DNA of 64,000 bases. Origin: Verrucomicrobiota bacterium (lineage in GTDB: Bacteria > Verrucomicrobiota > Verrucomicrobiia > Chthoniobacterales > UBA6821). Under the pieces are notes generated by a model, which saw nothing but the letters and a program-made list of their open reading frames with translations, did not search any database and had not been told where the DNA came from. Below are positions 28,625 through 37,253 of the stretch, in pieces (the first letter of the stretch is position 1; every line of letters begins with the position of its first letter). Location: the NCBI GenBank assembly GCA_021413925.1, contig JAIOPL010000013.1:77888-141887 (forward strand). Direction: 5' to 3'. The translations under genes and the position numbers were made by a program.

Positions 28625-29500
28625 TTATTCCAGAAAGCTCCGGAGCAGGGCCATTGCCTCCACGTCCTCGGCGAGGTCTTTCCCCTTGGGGGTTTCCAGG
28701 ATTTTCGGGATCTCGGCCAACGCGGGCGCGTTCATGATCCAGCGGAAGGCATCTAGGCCGATCTTTCCGTTGCCGAGATTGTCATGCCTATCGACTCGTG
28801 AGCCGAGCGCGGCCTTCGAGTCATTGATATGGAGCAGAGAGAGATGATTCAGGCCGATCACCCGATCGAACTCTGCGAAGGTCGTTTCTGCACCGCTTTG
28901 AGCCGAGAGATCGTATCCGGCGGCGAAAACATGGGCTGTGTCGAGACAGACCTCCAGGCGCTTGCGATCCTTCACTCCAACGAGGATCGCCGCGATTTCC
29001 TCGAAGCGCGCTCCGAGGCAGGCGCCCTGACCGGCTGTTGTTTCCAAAGTGATGCGCACCTTCAGCTCCGGGTTCTCGGCGTGCAACCTGTCAAGATTGC
29101 GAATGACACAGGCGATGCCGGCCTCGATACCCATGCCGAGATGGGAACCGGGATGGAGAACAAGAGAGCGGATACCGAGTTGCTCGCAGCGAAGCATCTC
29201 GTCGGCTAGGGAGCGCAGAGATTTCTCATGGTTCTCGGTTCCCTCGACCCCGAGGTTGATGAGGTAACCGGCATGCGCCACCACGGCTCCCAGCCGTCCC
29301 CGCATTGGATGATCAGTGAAAGCCTTCACATCCGCCTCAGGCAGGGGCTTGGCAAACCACTGCATGTTGTTCTTCACGAAGATCTGCATGGCCGTGCAGC
29401 CGATCCCGACAGCACGGTCAATAGCTGTCGCAACACCGCCGATCGTCGGCACATGGGATCCAAGGAGCGGGAGAATTTCGGATTTTGTGGTTTTGGTCAC
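28625..29500 (-). CDS. nfo: Deoxyribonuclease IV (endonuclease IV, AP endonuclease)
   Basis: The track ORF (to 29608) is trimmed to GTG 29500 (VTKTTKSEILPLLGSHV), giving ~291 aa, the usual Nfo size. Motifs LVLHPGSHLG, ITLETTAGQG and HINDSK...DRHDNLGNGKIG. The exact start is uncertain. Confidence 0.85.
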   Translation of the reverse strand: MTKTTKSEILPLLGSHVPTIGGVATAIDRAVGIGCTAMQIFVKNNMQWFAKPLPEADVKAFTDHPMRGRLGAVVAHAGYLINLGVEGTENHEKSLRSLADEMLRCEQLGIRSLVLHPGSHLGMGIEAGIACVIRNLDRLHAENPELKVRITLETTAGQGACLGARFEEIAAILVGVKDRKRLEVCLDTAHVFAAGYDLSAQSGAETTFAEFDRVIGLNHLSLLHINDSKAALGSRVDRHDNLGNGKIGLDAFRWIMNAPALAEIPKILETPKGKDLAEDVEAMALLRSFLE

Positions 29501-29529
29501 AGGGATGAAGGGGATGAAAAAGATGGAGG
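29501..29529 (-). repeat. Heptad-type array (sense strand CCTTCAT-like) abutting the nfo start
   Basis: The + strand reads agGGATGAAGgGGATGAAaaaGATGgAGG, with more ATGAAATGAAG at 29540-29550. This is the same ATGAAGG word as in the purU leader. Confidence 0.6.
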
Positions 29530-29673
29530 AACAAGATCTATGAAATGAAGTTCTTACCCTATGGAAATTTTCAGTTCGGCGCGATCCTGCTGAAGCTTCA
29601 TATCCCATTTATCCACTTTACCCCTGTGAATCGTAAAATAGTTCCATATTCGAGTGTCGGCTGATAGCCAGAG

Positions 29674-30360
29674 ATGATGACAACCACCCGCAGGGAGCTG
29701 CTCGCTTACACGCTCCCCTTTGTGCTTTTCATGGTCGGTCTGGCTGCTGTCTCCGCCGCCAAGGCGCTGGGGATCACCTCATTCTGTGGAGTGGTTCTGG
29801 ACCCGATGTACTGGATCTATCCGATCCAAAGCAGTGTCTGCGCCGCGGCAGTGCTCTGGTTTTGGAAGAACTATGATTTCAGCGGAACCACAGGTGGGAA
29901 ACTCCTGATCGGTATGGCAATAGGTCTTTTGGTGCTCGGACTCTGGGTCGCGCCGCAGGAGCTTTTCCATCAGCCGAGACGGATGGATGGATTCGACCCT
30001 GGAGTCGTTGCTGGCTTGAGCCCATGGATGCTAGTGGCCCGAGTTGCACGGCTTGTGCTGGTGGTGCCATTGGTAGAAGAACTGTTCTGGCGCGGCTTTT
30101 TGCTGCGCTATCTGGTGAATGAGGATTTCACGAAGCTGCCCTTCGGGAGCAGTTCCCGCTTCAGTTTCTGGGCGGTGGCGTTTGCCTTCACCTTGGTTCA
30201 TTCGCCCGCCGACTGGCCCGCTGCCTTCTTGACCGGAGTGCTATTCAACCTTGTGGCCACCCGCACGAAGAGTCTCGCCGCCTGTGTCACAGCCCATGCT
30301 ATGGCCAACCTGGGACTGGGTTTCTACATTTGTGCGACACGACAGTGGGGATTCTGGTAG
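29674..30360 (+). CDS. CPBP-family intramembrane glutamic endopeptidase (CAAX protease-like)
   Basis: 228 aa, multi-TM. Motifs EELFWRGF, FTLVHS and HAMANL. Confidence 0.8.
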   Translation: MMTTTRRELLAYTLPFVLFMVGLAAVSAAKALGITSFCGVVLDPMYWIYPIQSSVCAAAVLWFWKNYDFSGTTGGKLLIGMAIGLLVLGLWVAPQELFHQPRRMDGFDPGVVAGLSPWMLVARVARLVLVVPLVEELFWRGFLLRYLVNEDFTKLPFGSSSRFSFWAVAFAFTLVHSPADWPAAFLTGVLFNLVATRTKSLAACVTAHAMANLGLGFYICATRQWGFW

Positions 30361-30370
30361 GGTCGAATCC

Positions 30371-31999
30371 ATGAAGGTTGGCATCGCCCAGATCAATACC
30401 ACAGTCGGTGATTTCGCCGGGAATTCCGCGCGGATTCTGGCTGCCTATCATGAGCTGGTCGACCAGGGTGCCGATCTGGTGGTGACGCCCGAGCTCTCGA
30501 TCACGGGCTATCCTCCACTAGATTTGATTTTTGCCGGGGAGTTCGTTGAGCGGAATCTGGAAACGCTTGCTGGGATCCAGACGGCCATCGGTGAGGTGCC
30601 GCTCCTCGTGGGATTCATTGATCGGAATCTGAGCGGCCACGGGAAGCCGTTCCACAACGCCGCCGCGCTTTTATGCAAAGGTGCCGAGCCCGTTATTATC
30701 CACAAGAGACTGCTTCCCACTTATGATGTCTTCGACGAGGCTCGCTACTTTGAGCCGGGCCAGGTCTCTGCTCCGATAGAGATCGCAGGGAAAAAAGTCG
30801 GCATCACGATCTGCGAGGATCTCTGGACCCCCGAATTCCTACCCGGACCGCTCTACCGCGTCGATCCACCTGCCGATCTGGTGAATGCTGGGGCCGAGAT
30901 CCTGGTCAACCTGAGCGCCTCGCCCTACCAATACGGGAAGCCGATGCTTCGGCTTCAAATGTTACATGCTCAGGCCCAGCGATTTGGGTTGACCATCTAT
31001 TACTGTAACTCCGTGGGTGGGAATGATCAGCTGGTCTTTGACGGGCATTCGTCGGCCTTCTCTGCCAGAGGCGAGCGTGTCCAAGAGATGTTGGGATTCG
31101 GAGAGCAACTTCTTGTTATTGAAGAACCTACGGATGCGTTCCGCTCCGATGGACGCGATCAACTGGGCGAGCTCTACCGGGCGCTCGTGCTAGGTCTTCG
31201 TGATTATTTCCGCAAATGCGGATTCAAGAATGCAGTTCTGGGATTGAGCGGCGGGATAGATTCCGCTCTGACAGCCGTCCTGGCCGTGGAAGCTCTTGGA
31301 AAAGATAATGTCACCGGCGCGGCCATGCCCGGCCCCTATTCCTCGGAAGGGAGCGTAAAAGATGCCTTCATACTGGCAGAAACCCTTGGCATTAAGTGTC
31401 TTAACATCCCAATCACGAATTCCTACGAGGTGATGAAGTCCGGATTGCGGGAGATCTTTGAAGGCAGGCCGGAGGATGCCACCGAGGAGAATCTGCAGGC
31501 CCGTCTGCGCGGGGTCACGATGATGGCTCTCTCCAACAAATTTGGCAGCCTTTTACTGACCACCGGGAACAAGAGCGAGCTGGCCGTGGGCTATTGCACC
31601 CTCTACGGCGATATGTGCGGCGGTCTGGCGGTCATATCTGACCTGCCCAAGACGCTGGTCTACGATCTGGCGCGCTGGATTAACAGGGGAAAGGAGATTA
31701 TTCCCGCCGCGACCATCACGAAGCCACCAAGCGCCGAACTCCGTCCGGATCAGACCGATCAGGATAGCCTGCCCCCCTACGATCTGCTCGATGCCATCCT
31801 CGCTCTCTATGTGGAGGAGAATCTGCCCATTCATGAGATCGTAGCGCGGGGGTATGATCAGGAACTGGTGCGGCGCATCACCGGCATGGTCGATCGCAAT
31901 GAATACAAGCGCGAGCAAGCTGCTCCCGGCCTGAAGGTAACGGGCCGCGCCTTTGGCATGGGGCGGCGGCTTCCGATCGCCCAGCGATACACTCCCTGA
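30371..31999 (+). CDS. nadE: Glutamine-dependent NAD+ synthetase
   Basis: Trimmed to ATG 30371 (MKVGIAQINTTVGDF). N-terminal CN-hydrolase domain (ITICEDLW) and a C-terminal PP-loop LGLSGGIDSALTA. Confidence 0.93.
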   Translation: MKVGIAQINTTVGDFAGNSARILAAYHELVDQGADLVVTPELSITGYPPLDLIFAGEFVERNLETLAGIQTAIGEVPLLVGFIDRNLSGHGKPFHNAAALLCKGAEPVIIHKRLLPTYDVFDEARYFEPGQVSAPIEIAGKKVGITICEDLWTPEFLPGPLYRVDPPADLVNAGAEILVNLSASPYQYGKPMLRLQMLHAQAQRFGLTIYYCNSVGGNDQLVFDGHSSAFSARGERVQEMLGFGEQLLVIEEPTDAFRSDGRDQLGELYRALVLGLRDYFRKCGFKNAVLGLSGGIDSALTAVLAVEALGKDNVTGAAMPGPYSSEGSVKDAFILAETLGIKCLNIPITNSYEVMKSGLREIFEGRPEDATEENLQARLRGVTMMALSNKFGSLLLTTGNKSELAVGYCTLYGDMCGGLAVISDLPKTLVYDLARWINRGKEIIPAATITKPPSAELRPDQTDQDSLPPYDLLDAILALYVEENLPIHEIVARGYDQELVRRITGMVDRNEYKREQAAPGLKVTGRAFGMGRRLPIAQRYTP

Positions 32000-32086
32000 T
32001 CGCTCCGGCAGAGGTCAGGAGCAGGGGGCCGAGGGAGGTCTCTGGCGAACGTCTCCGCTCTTGTGGTGTCGATTCTTCTTGCGACT

Positions 32087-32110
32087 GGATCTCAATCTCA
32101 ATAATTCTCC
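32087..32110 (+). promoter_or_regulatory. Candidate iron-responsive operator upstream of exbB (contains TCTCAATCTCA)
   Basis: The sequence is GGATCTCAATCTCAATAATTCTCC, ~50-70 nt upstream of exbB. The core TCTCAATCTC (32090-32099) recurs at 34055 and 37206. Confidence 0.4.
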
Positions 32111-32158
32111 TGGTTCCGTTCCTGTAACACGACGACCATTTCATCCCTGCGCGCACTC

Positions 32159-32782
32159 ATGCCCATGCATCCCATCAGCATCTTTCTCAAGGGGGGGCCG
32201 ATCATGGTTCCCATCCTTATTGTTTCCCTGCTTGTGACGGCGACCGTGATCGAACGGATCGTTTTCCTGATCAGGCATCATCGTGATCGTTCTCCACGGA
32301 CGGTGCGTGAGATCTTTGCCATCGTGGAGCACGGCCGGCCGGTTGAAGCGTTGAGGGTGGGGGAGAAATCCACCGACTCCGTTGCCAAAGTGCTCACTGC
32401 CGCGCTTCGTGAACGCGACACCAGCTACACCTCTGCCCTGCTTGCCGCCAGCTCTCTCGAATTGAAGAAGTTCAACCGAGGTCTTCCCCTCCTAGACACG
32501 GCGATCACCATTGCGCCGTTGCTTGGATTGCTCGGCACGGTGATGGGGATGATCCGTAGTTTCGGCCTGATCGCCGGCGAGCTCGACGCCCCAGCCGCCA
32601 TCACAGGCGGCATCGCTGAGGCTCTGATCGCAACGGCATTCGGCCTGCTGGTGGCCATCATGGCGTTGCTTCCTTTCAATTATCTCAATGCCCGCATGGA
32701 GGAAGCCCGAGCCGAATTGGAAGAGGCGGGGAACCGCCTGGAGATCTTGCTTGTTCGCGGTGGTGTCCGCAGCGGCGAGTAG
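32159..32782 (+). CDS. exbB: MotA/TolQ/ExbB proton-channel protein
   Basis: 207 aa, 3 TM. IAPLLGLLGTVMGMIRSF signature. Followed by exbD and tonB. Confidence 0.88.
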   Translation: MPMHPISIFLKGGPIMVPILIVSLLVTATVIERIVFLIRHHRDRSPRTVREIFAIVEHGRPVEALRVGEKSTDSVAKVLTAALRERDTSYTSALLAASSLELKKFNRGLPLLDTAITIAPLLGLLGTVMGMIRSFGLIAGELDAPAAITGGIAEALIATAFGLLVAIMALLPFNYLNARMEEARAELEEAGNRLEILLVRGGVRSGE

Positions 32783-32792
32783 GACCACGGAT

Positions 32793-33245
32793 ATGCCGGT
32801 CTCCATTCCATCACCTGGATCCCGTAAGAAGGCCCGCATCGAGATCATCCCGCTGATCGACATCATGTTCTTCCTGCTGGCTACCTTCGTCATGGTCTCG
32901 TTGTCCATGGTGAAGAACAAGGGGATCCCGGTGAACCTGCCGGGAGCCTCCACCGCGCAGCTGCAGGACCGCGGGGAAACCCACTTCGTGACCCTTACCC
33001 GCGCTGGTGAGATCGTGGTAGATCGCCAGAACATCCACCCCTCGGCTTTGGAGGGGGTTCTGCGGGATCTCCAGTCGGCGGATCCCGACCCTCGGCTCTT
33101 GATCAGCGGGGATACCGATTCCAGTTTCGGCACCGCAGTCTTCGTGCTGGACACGGCGCGGCGCCTCGGCATCCGAAGGATCGCCATCCAGACCAAGGCT
33201 CAAGCAGCGACCGCGCCGCACCCCGGTTCTTCAAAGACAAGGTGA
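32793..33245 (+). CDS. exbD: Biopolymer transport protein ExbD/TolR
   Basis: Trimmed to ATG 32793 (MPVSIPSPGSRKKARIEIIPLIDIMFFLLATFV). 150 aa. Confidence 0.88.
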   Translation: MPVSIPSPGSRKKARIEIIPLIDIMFFLLATFVMVSLSMVKNKGIPVNLPGASTAQLQDRGETHFVTLTRAGEIVVDRQNIHPSALEGVLRDLQSADPDPRLLISGDTDSSFGTAVFVLDTARRLGIRRIAIQTKAQAATAPHPGSSKTR

Positions 33246-33940
33246 TGAACCGGGTGCTTCCGGTCTATTTTCTCGCGGCCCTCCTGATCCACGGGACGAT
33301 CCTCTGGGCATGGGCAAGAACCCCCCCCGTCCTAATCGGCATGCAAGAGCCACCGGCTCTCGAGATCGAGATCTCCGAGGAGCAAAATCCCGCCACCTCG
33401 ACCGATACGGTGAAGGAAGAGTCTCAGCGCGAGGTGCCTCCACACCCGACCGAGAAGCCCACAGATCCCGAGATAAAGCCCGAACCCGAACTCGAACCCA
33501 AACCGGAAGAGATGGTGCCAGAGCCGCTCCCAATACCGGCGGCGAAGCCAACTCCCCGCCCAGACGCTTCCAAACCCCGTTCCAGCAGGCCACCTGCCGT
33601 TTCCCAAGCCAGCGTTGAGTCTTCCCCGCCCGCTTTCCGCCCGCCTGCTGGATCGGGGAAGGATCGATCCCATGCATCGTGGAAGCACCGTGTTACCCCA
33701 TCCTATCCAGCATCGGCTCTTCTGTCCCGGAAGTCGGGACGCGTCTTAGTGACCGTGCAGATCAACGCCCTCGGGCAGGCCACGGCTGCGGCGGTGACTA
33801 CCTCGAGCGCGAACCCTATTCTGGATGCTGCCGCCGTGCGTGCGGCGCGTGAGTCGACTTACCATCCCAAATGCCTCCTCGGCGTTCCACTTCCGGACAC
33901 AGTGGCTATCCCCTACAACTTCGATATCCGGGAACGCTGA
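33245..33940 (+). CDS. tonB: Energy transducer TonB
   Basis: N-terminal TM, a Pro/Glu/Lys-rich spacer (PEIKPEPELEPKPEEMVPEPLPIPAAKPTPRP) and a C-terminal TonB_C pattern (SGRVLVTVQINALGQ). ATG 33245 overlaps the exbD stop; a GTG at 33242 is also possible. Confidence 0.8.
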   Translation: MNRVLPVYFLAALLIHGTILWAWARTPPVLIGMQEPPALEIEISEEQNPATSTDTVKEESQREVPPHPTEKPTDPEIKPEPELEPKPEEMVPEPLPIPAAKPTPRPDASKPRSSRPPAVSQASVESSPPAFRPPAGSGKDRSHASWKHRVTPSYPASALLSRKSGRVLVTVQINALGQATAAAVTTSSANPILDAAAVRAARESTYHPKCLLGVPLPDTVAIPYNFDIRER

Positions 33941-34014
33941 TCCGGGTTGCTTGCGCTGGGCAGTGGTTGCGTAACACGAGCGACCTCCAATGAGATGAAC
34001 AGTGGAATGATTTG

Positions 34015-34033
34015 GATAATGAGACGCATTCTC
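34015..34033 (+). promoter_or_regulatory. Fur-box-like site upstream of the TonB-dependent receptor
   Basis: GATAATGAGACGCATTCTC matches the 19-bp E. coli-type Fur consensus GATAATGATAATCATTATC at 15/19 positions. Further AATGAGA/AATGATT words lie at 33989-34024. Confidence 0.5.
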
Positions 34034-34054
34034 AACTTTTCTATTGCGATTGGG

Positions 34055-34065
34055 TCTCAATCTCA
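34055..34065 (+). promoter_or_regulatory. TCTCAATCTCA motif (second copy), inside palindrome GATTGGGTCTCAATC
   Basis: Exact 10-11-mer shared with 32090 and 37206. It lies 42-52 nt upstream of the preferred TBDR start. Confidence 0.4.
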
Positions 34066-34106
34066 TGTATCCATTCCGCCCCATGAATCCTTCCGCCCAC
34101 TCAATC

Positions 34107-36365
34107 ATGATGACCTGCACCCGATGTTTCAGGGCACTGGCAGCACTGATTCTTTTGCCGATTGCCACCCTCAAAGCCGAATCGGCAATCGAGGATCAAA
34201 TGAAAAAGACCGGGGCCACCAACGGAGCGACGGCCGCGCAGCTCGAGGAGGTGAATGTCATCGAGAGGCTTCAGCCCCCGGAAAACGCGCCCTTCCTGCC
34301 TGATGTCGAGGGTGCGGAGATCTTTGCGGGTAAGCGGACCGACAATATCGACCCCAACCTCCTGCCGCAGATCAACAACAACAACTACCGCCAGGCCCTG
34401 CAGACGACGGCCGGTATCGTTCTCTCCGAGGAGTCAACCCCGCTGGTGAGCATCGGCACCCGCGGTCTGCCGCCCGCCCGCATGCAGTTCCTGCAGGTGA
34501 TGAAGGATGGCATCCCGATCCATGCCGATATGTTTGGCTACCCCGAGGCCTACTACACCCCGCCGATTGACGCGACGAAGCGTCTGGAGATCATCCGGGG
34601 AGGTGCCGCCCTGCTCTACGGTCCGCAGCCCGGTGGCGCCGTCAACTACATCATGGAGAAGCCGCCGCTCGACACCCCGTTCCGGCTCCGCTCGCTCAAC
34701 ACGGTCGGAAGCTTTAACTACTTCGCCAACTTCACCGAGTTGGGCGGAACCGTCGACCAACTCGGTTACTACGGCTACTACAACCACCGCCAGACCGACG
34801 GATTCCGCCAGGCCAACAGTGCTTGGACGGTTAACAATTGGAGCGGCACGCTCGCCTGGGGGGCGCAGACGACGAAGCGTACCTATCTGATAGTCGATGC
34901 CTACCAGAACTACATCCAAGAGCCGGGTGGACTCACCAAGTCAACCGGCACCAATGCGGTGAACTGGAATTCCAATCCGACCGGCACATCCCGCTTCTAT
35001 GACAACCTGCACATCGAGCGCTACGCCGTTTCGCTCATCCATGAGAATGACCTAAGCGAGAAAGCCTTCTTCAGTTTCCGCACATGGTGGAACTATTACG
35101 GCCGCTGGAGCCAACGTCAGAACGGGGGAGGCTTCGGTACCATTCCGACCGGAAAGGCGGCGCAGAGCAACCAGATCCAGAACCAGCTCTTCTACACCTG
35201 GGGTATGATTCCTCAGTTGCGTTACGATTACGACTGGCTCGGCAATACCCACACGATCACGGGCGGAGCGATGCTCTACAACACGCAGTCGCCCCTCACC
35301 CAGCAGACAGGAGCCACGCCTTGGGCGGCTACCGGGACACTCTCCAACCAGAGCTGGCGGCAAAACTGGTATACTTCCTTCTTTGCGGAGAATCGCTTCG
35401 TCTTCGGGAAGTTCCAGTTCATCCCAGCCGTCCGTTTTGAAAACATTTGGCAGACGATCAACGAGAGCGTGAACGTTTCAAAGAGCAAGGCCGGCCAACC
35501 CCTCTCCAATGAGAGCAACTACGCCTTCGTCCCGCTCCCGGGGTTTGGCGCCGAGTACAAGTTCAATGACTGGATCACGGCCTATGGGAACGCCTCCCAA
35601 TCCTACAAGCCAGTCACTTTCAGCCAGGCAATCCCCAACGCACCCAATGTCTCCGTGCCGAACAACCTCCAGCCCAGCATCGCCTGGAACTACGAGGGAG
35701 GATTCCGCGGGAACCCTCGTCCATGGCTTGCATGGCAGAGCAGCTACTTCGTCCTGAACTTCTACAATCAAATTGGCTCTGTCAATCCCACCCCGAGCAC
35801 AACCATCATCCAGACTATTGGCAACTCCTCGACGATCGGGTGGGACAACATGCTCCAGCTCGATGCCATCGGCCTCGCCGACGATCTGCGCGGCATACGC
35901 TCCACGCTTAAGCAAACGGGACCTGGAGACATCAAGCAGGGCGGCACAGCCAACATCCACAGCCTTGTCGATACCTACGGGTCGATGCTTTTCACGGCGG
36001 GTTACACCCTGCAACAGGGGAGCTACACAAGCGGACAGTTCCAAGGGAAGACCCCCCAGTACACCCCCGACTACCTCTTGCGACTCGGAGCCCTCTACAA
36101 TTGGCGCGACCGAGTGAAGATGGGGCTGCTGACCACCTTCAGTGCCGCTGCTTACGCTAACGATAACAACACGCAGCAGTATCTGATGCCCGGCTACAAC
36201 GTCTGGGACTTCACCTATGAGGTGAATCTTCTCAAGGACCGACTCAGTGTCATCGGCGGTATCAACAACCTCTTCGACCTCAAGTACACGACACGTATCA
36301 CCCAGACCGGCATCGACCCAGCCATGCCGCGCAACTGGTATGTCGGCGTTCAGGTCCAGTTCTAG
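34107..36365 (+). CDS. TonB-dependent outer-membrane receptor
   Basis: The track ORF starts at TTG 34044. ATG 34107 gives the signal peptide MMTCTRCFRALAALILLPIATLKAES (ATGs at 34065 and 34083 are also possible). Plug plus 22-strand barrel pattern, with the terminal NWYVGVQVQF. Confidence 0.88.
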   Translation: MMTCTRCFRALAALILLPIATLKAESAIEDQMKKTGATNGATAAQLEEVNVIERLQPPENAPFLPDVEGAEIFAGKRTDNIDPNLLPQINNNNYRQALQTTAGIVLSEESTPLVSIGTRGLPPARMQFLQVMKDGIPIHADMFGYPEAYYTPPIDATKRLEIIRGGAALLYGPQPGGAVNYIMEKPPLDTPFRLRSLNTVGSFNYFANFTELGGTVDQLGYYGYYNHRQTDGFRQANSAWTVNNWSGTLAWGAQTTKRTYLIVDAYQNYIQEPGGLTKSTGTNAVNWNSNPTGTSRFYDNLHIERYAVSLIHENDLSEKAFFSFRTWWNYYGRWSQRQNGGGFGTIPTGKAAQSNQIQNQLFYTWGMIPQLRYDYDWLGNTHTITGGAMLYNTQSPLTQQTGATPWAATGTLSNQSWRQNWYTSFFAENRFVFGKFQFIPAVRFENIWQTINESVNVSKSKAGQPLSNESNYAFVPLPGFGAEYKFNDWITAYGNASQSYKPVTFSQAIPNAPNVSVPNNLQPSIAWNYEGGFRGNPRPWLAWQSSYFVLNFYNQIGSVNPTPSTTIIQTIGNSSTIGWDNMLQLDAIGLADDLRGIRSTLKQTGPGDIKQGGTANIHSLVDTYGSMLFTAGYTLQQGSYTSGQFQGKTPQYTPDYLLRLGALYNWRDRVKMGLLTTFSAAAYANDNNTQQYLMPGYNVWDFTYEVNLLKDRLSVIGGINNLFDLKYTTRITQTGIDPAMPRNWYVGVQVQF

Positions 36366-36377
36366 GCCCTCTTCTGT

Positions 36378-36396
36378 CTGAATGATTGCAATTCAG
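36378..36396. promoter_or_regulatory. Palindrome CTGAAT-N7-ATTCAG between the TBDR stop and fur (operator or weak terminator)
   Basis: CTGAATGATTGCAATTCAG has a 6-bp perfect inverted repeat, followed by a third GAATTCAG. It lies 13 nt after the TBDR stop and 214 nt before the fur ATG. Confidence 0.25.
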
Positions 36397-36609
36397 GAAT
36401 TCAGCGGCACGGATTGCCCAAAAATCTCGCGCAGGGACCCGGCGCGAGAAATTCTCTTCGATCACTCGAAACATAACGGGATTCTCCGTGCTGCGCCCGA
36501 AAGCGCGGAAGTTGGAGTTTTCGGTGGATGGAGTTCATGAGCAAAGCAGCCCGCCCCTTTTTGACTTCTGGCTTTCCCCGCGCACCGAAGCGGAGCAAGG
36601 TGATATTTC

Positions 36610-37137
36610 ATGGACCAGCAATCCCTCAAAGCCATTCTTGGCCAGGCGCAGGCCTTCTTTGCCTCCAAGGGGCTCCGCTTCACGAAGCAACGCGAAGCGC
36701 TCGTCACGCTCATCTTCCGCAACCACGAGCACTTCCGTCCGGAAGACCTGATCCCGAAGCTCCGTAAGAGCGATGGAGCCGTCTCACGCGCGACCATCTA
36801 CCGCACGATCCTCCTGCTCGTGGAGAGCGGCATGCTGCGGGAGATATCTCTTGGGGGAGGAGAGCGTCTCTACGATCCCAACTTCCTGAAGAGTCCGCAT
36901 CACAATCACCTCATCTGCGTGGATTGCCGAGAGATCATCGAGTTCGAGGATCCCAACATCGATGTCATGCAGAACTGCATCACCCGGCGACTCGGCTTCT
37001 CCCCGACACAAAAGGCGCTTCGCATCGAAGCAAGCTGCGACCGGCTGCGATTGTTGGGATCCTGTAAGAACTTCAAGGCGGGCAAGGCAGCCAAGGGTGC
37101 ACGGAAACGGCTACCAAAAGCGCGCCGCCCCCTCTGA
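36610..37137 (+). CDS. fur: Ferric uptake regulator family protein
   Basis: 175 aa. Winged-helix region (FTKQREALVTLIF...ATIYRTILLLVESGMLREI) and the metal site HHNHLICVDCREIIEFED. Basic C-terminal extension. Confidence 0.88.
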   Translation: MDQQSLKAILGQAQAFFASKGLRFTKQREALVTLIFRNHEHFRPEDLIPKLRKSDGAVSRATIYRTILLLVESGMLREISLGGGERLYDPNFLKSPHHNHLICVDCREIIEFEDPNIDVMQNCITRRLGFSPTQKALRIEASCDRLRLLGSCKNFKAGKAAKGARKRLPKARRPL

Positions 37138-37193
37138 AAATAAAAGGGTAATCAGCTGCCCAAGAAATACTGCTGGCCTTCAGTCAGGATGAA

Positions 37194-37215
37194 ATTGATA
37201 CTGCGTCTCAATCTC
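37194..37215 (+). promoter_or_regulatory. Candidate operator upstream of feoAB: ATTGATA-N5-TCTCAAT plus TCTCAATCTC
   Basis: ATTGATACTGCGTCTCAATCTC has 7-5-7 inverted symmetry (ATTGATA vs the reverse complement ATTGAGA). It lies 39 nt upstream of the ATG at 37254. Confidence 0.45.
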
Positions 37216-37253
37216 GCCGACGCTTTGTTCTGAAGCAACGGGCACGGCCGTCC

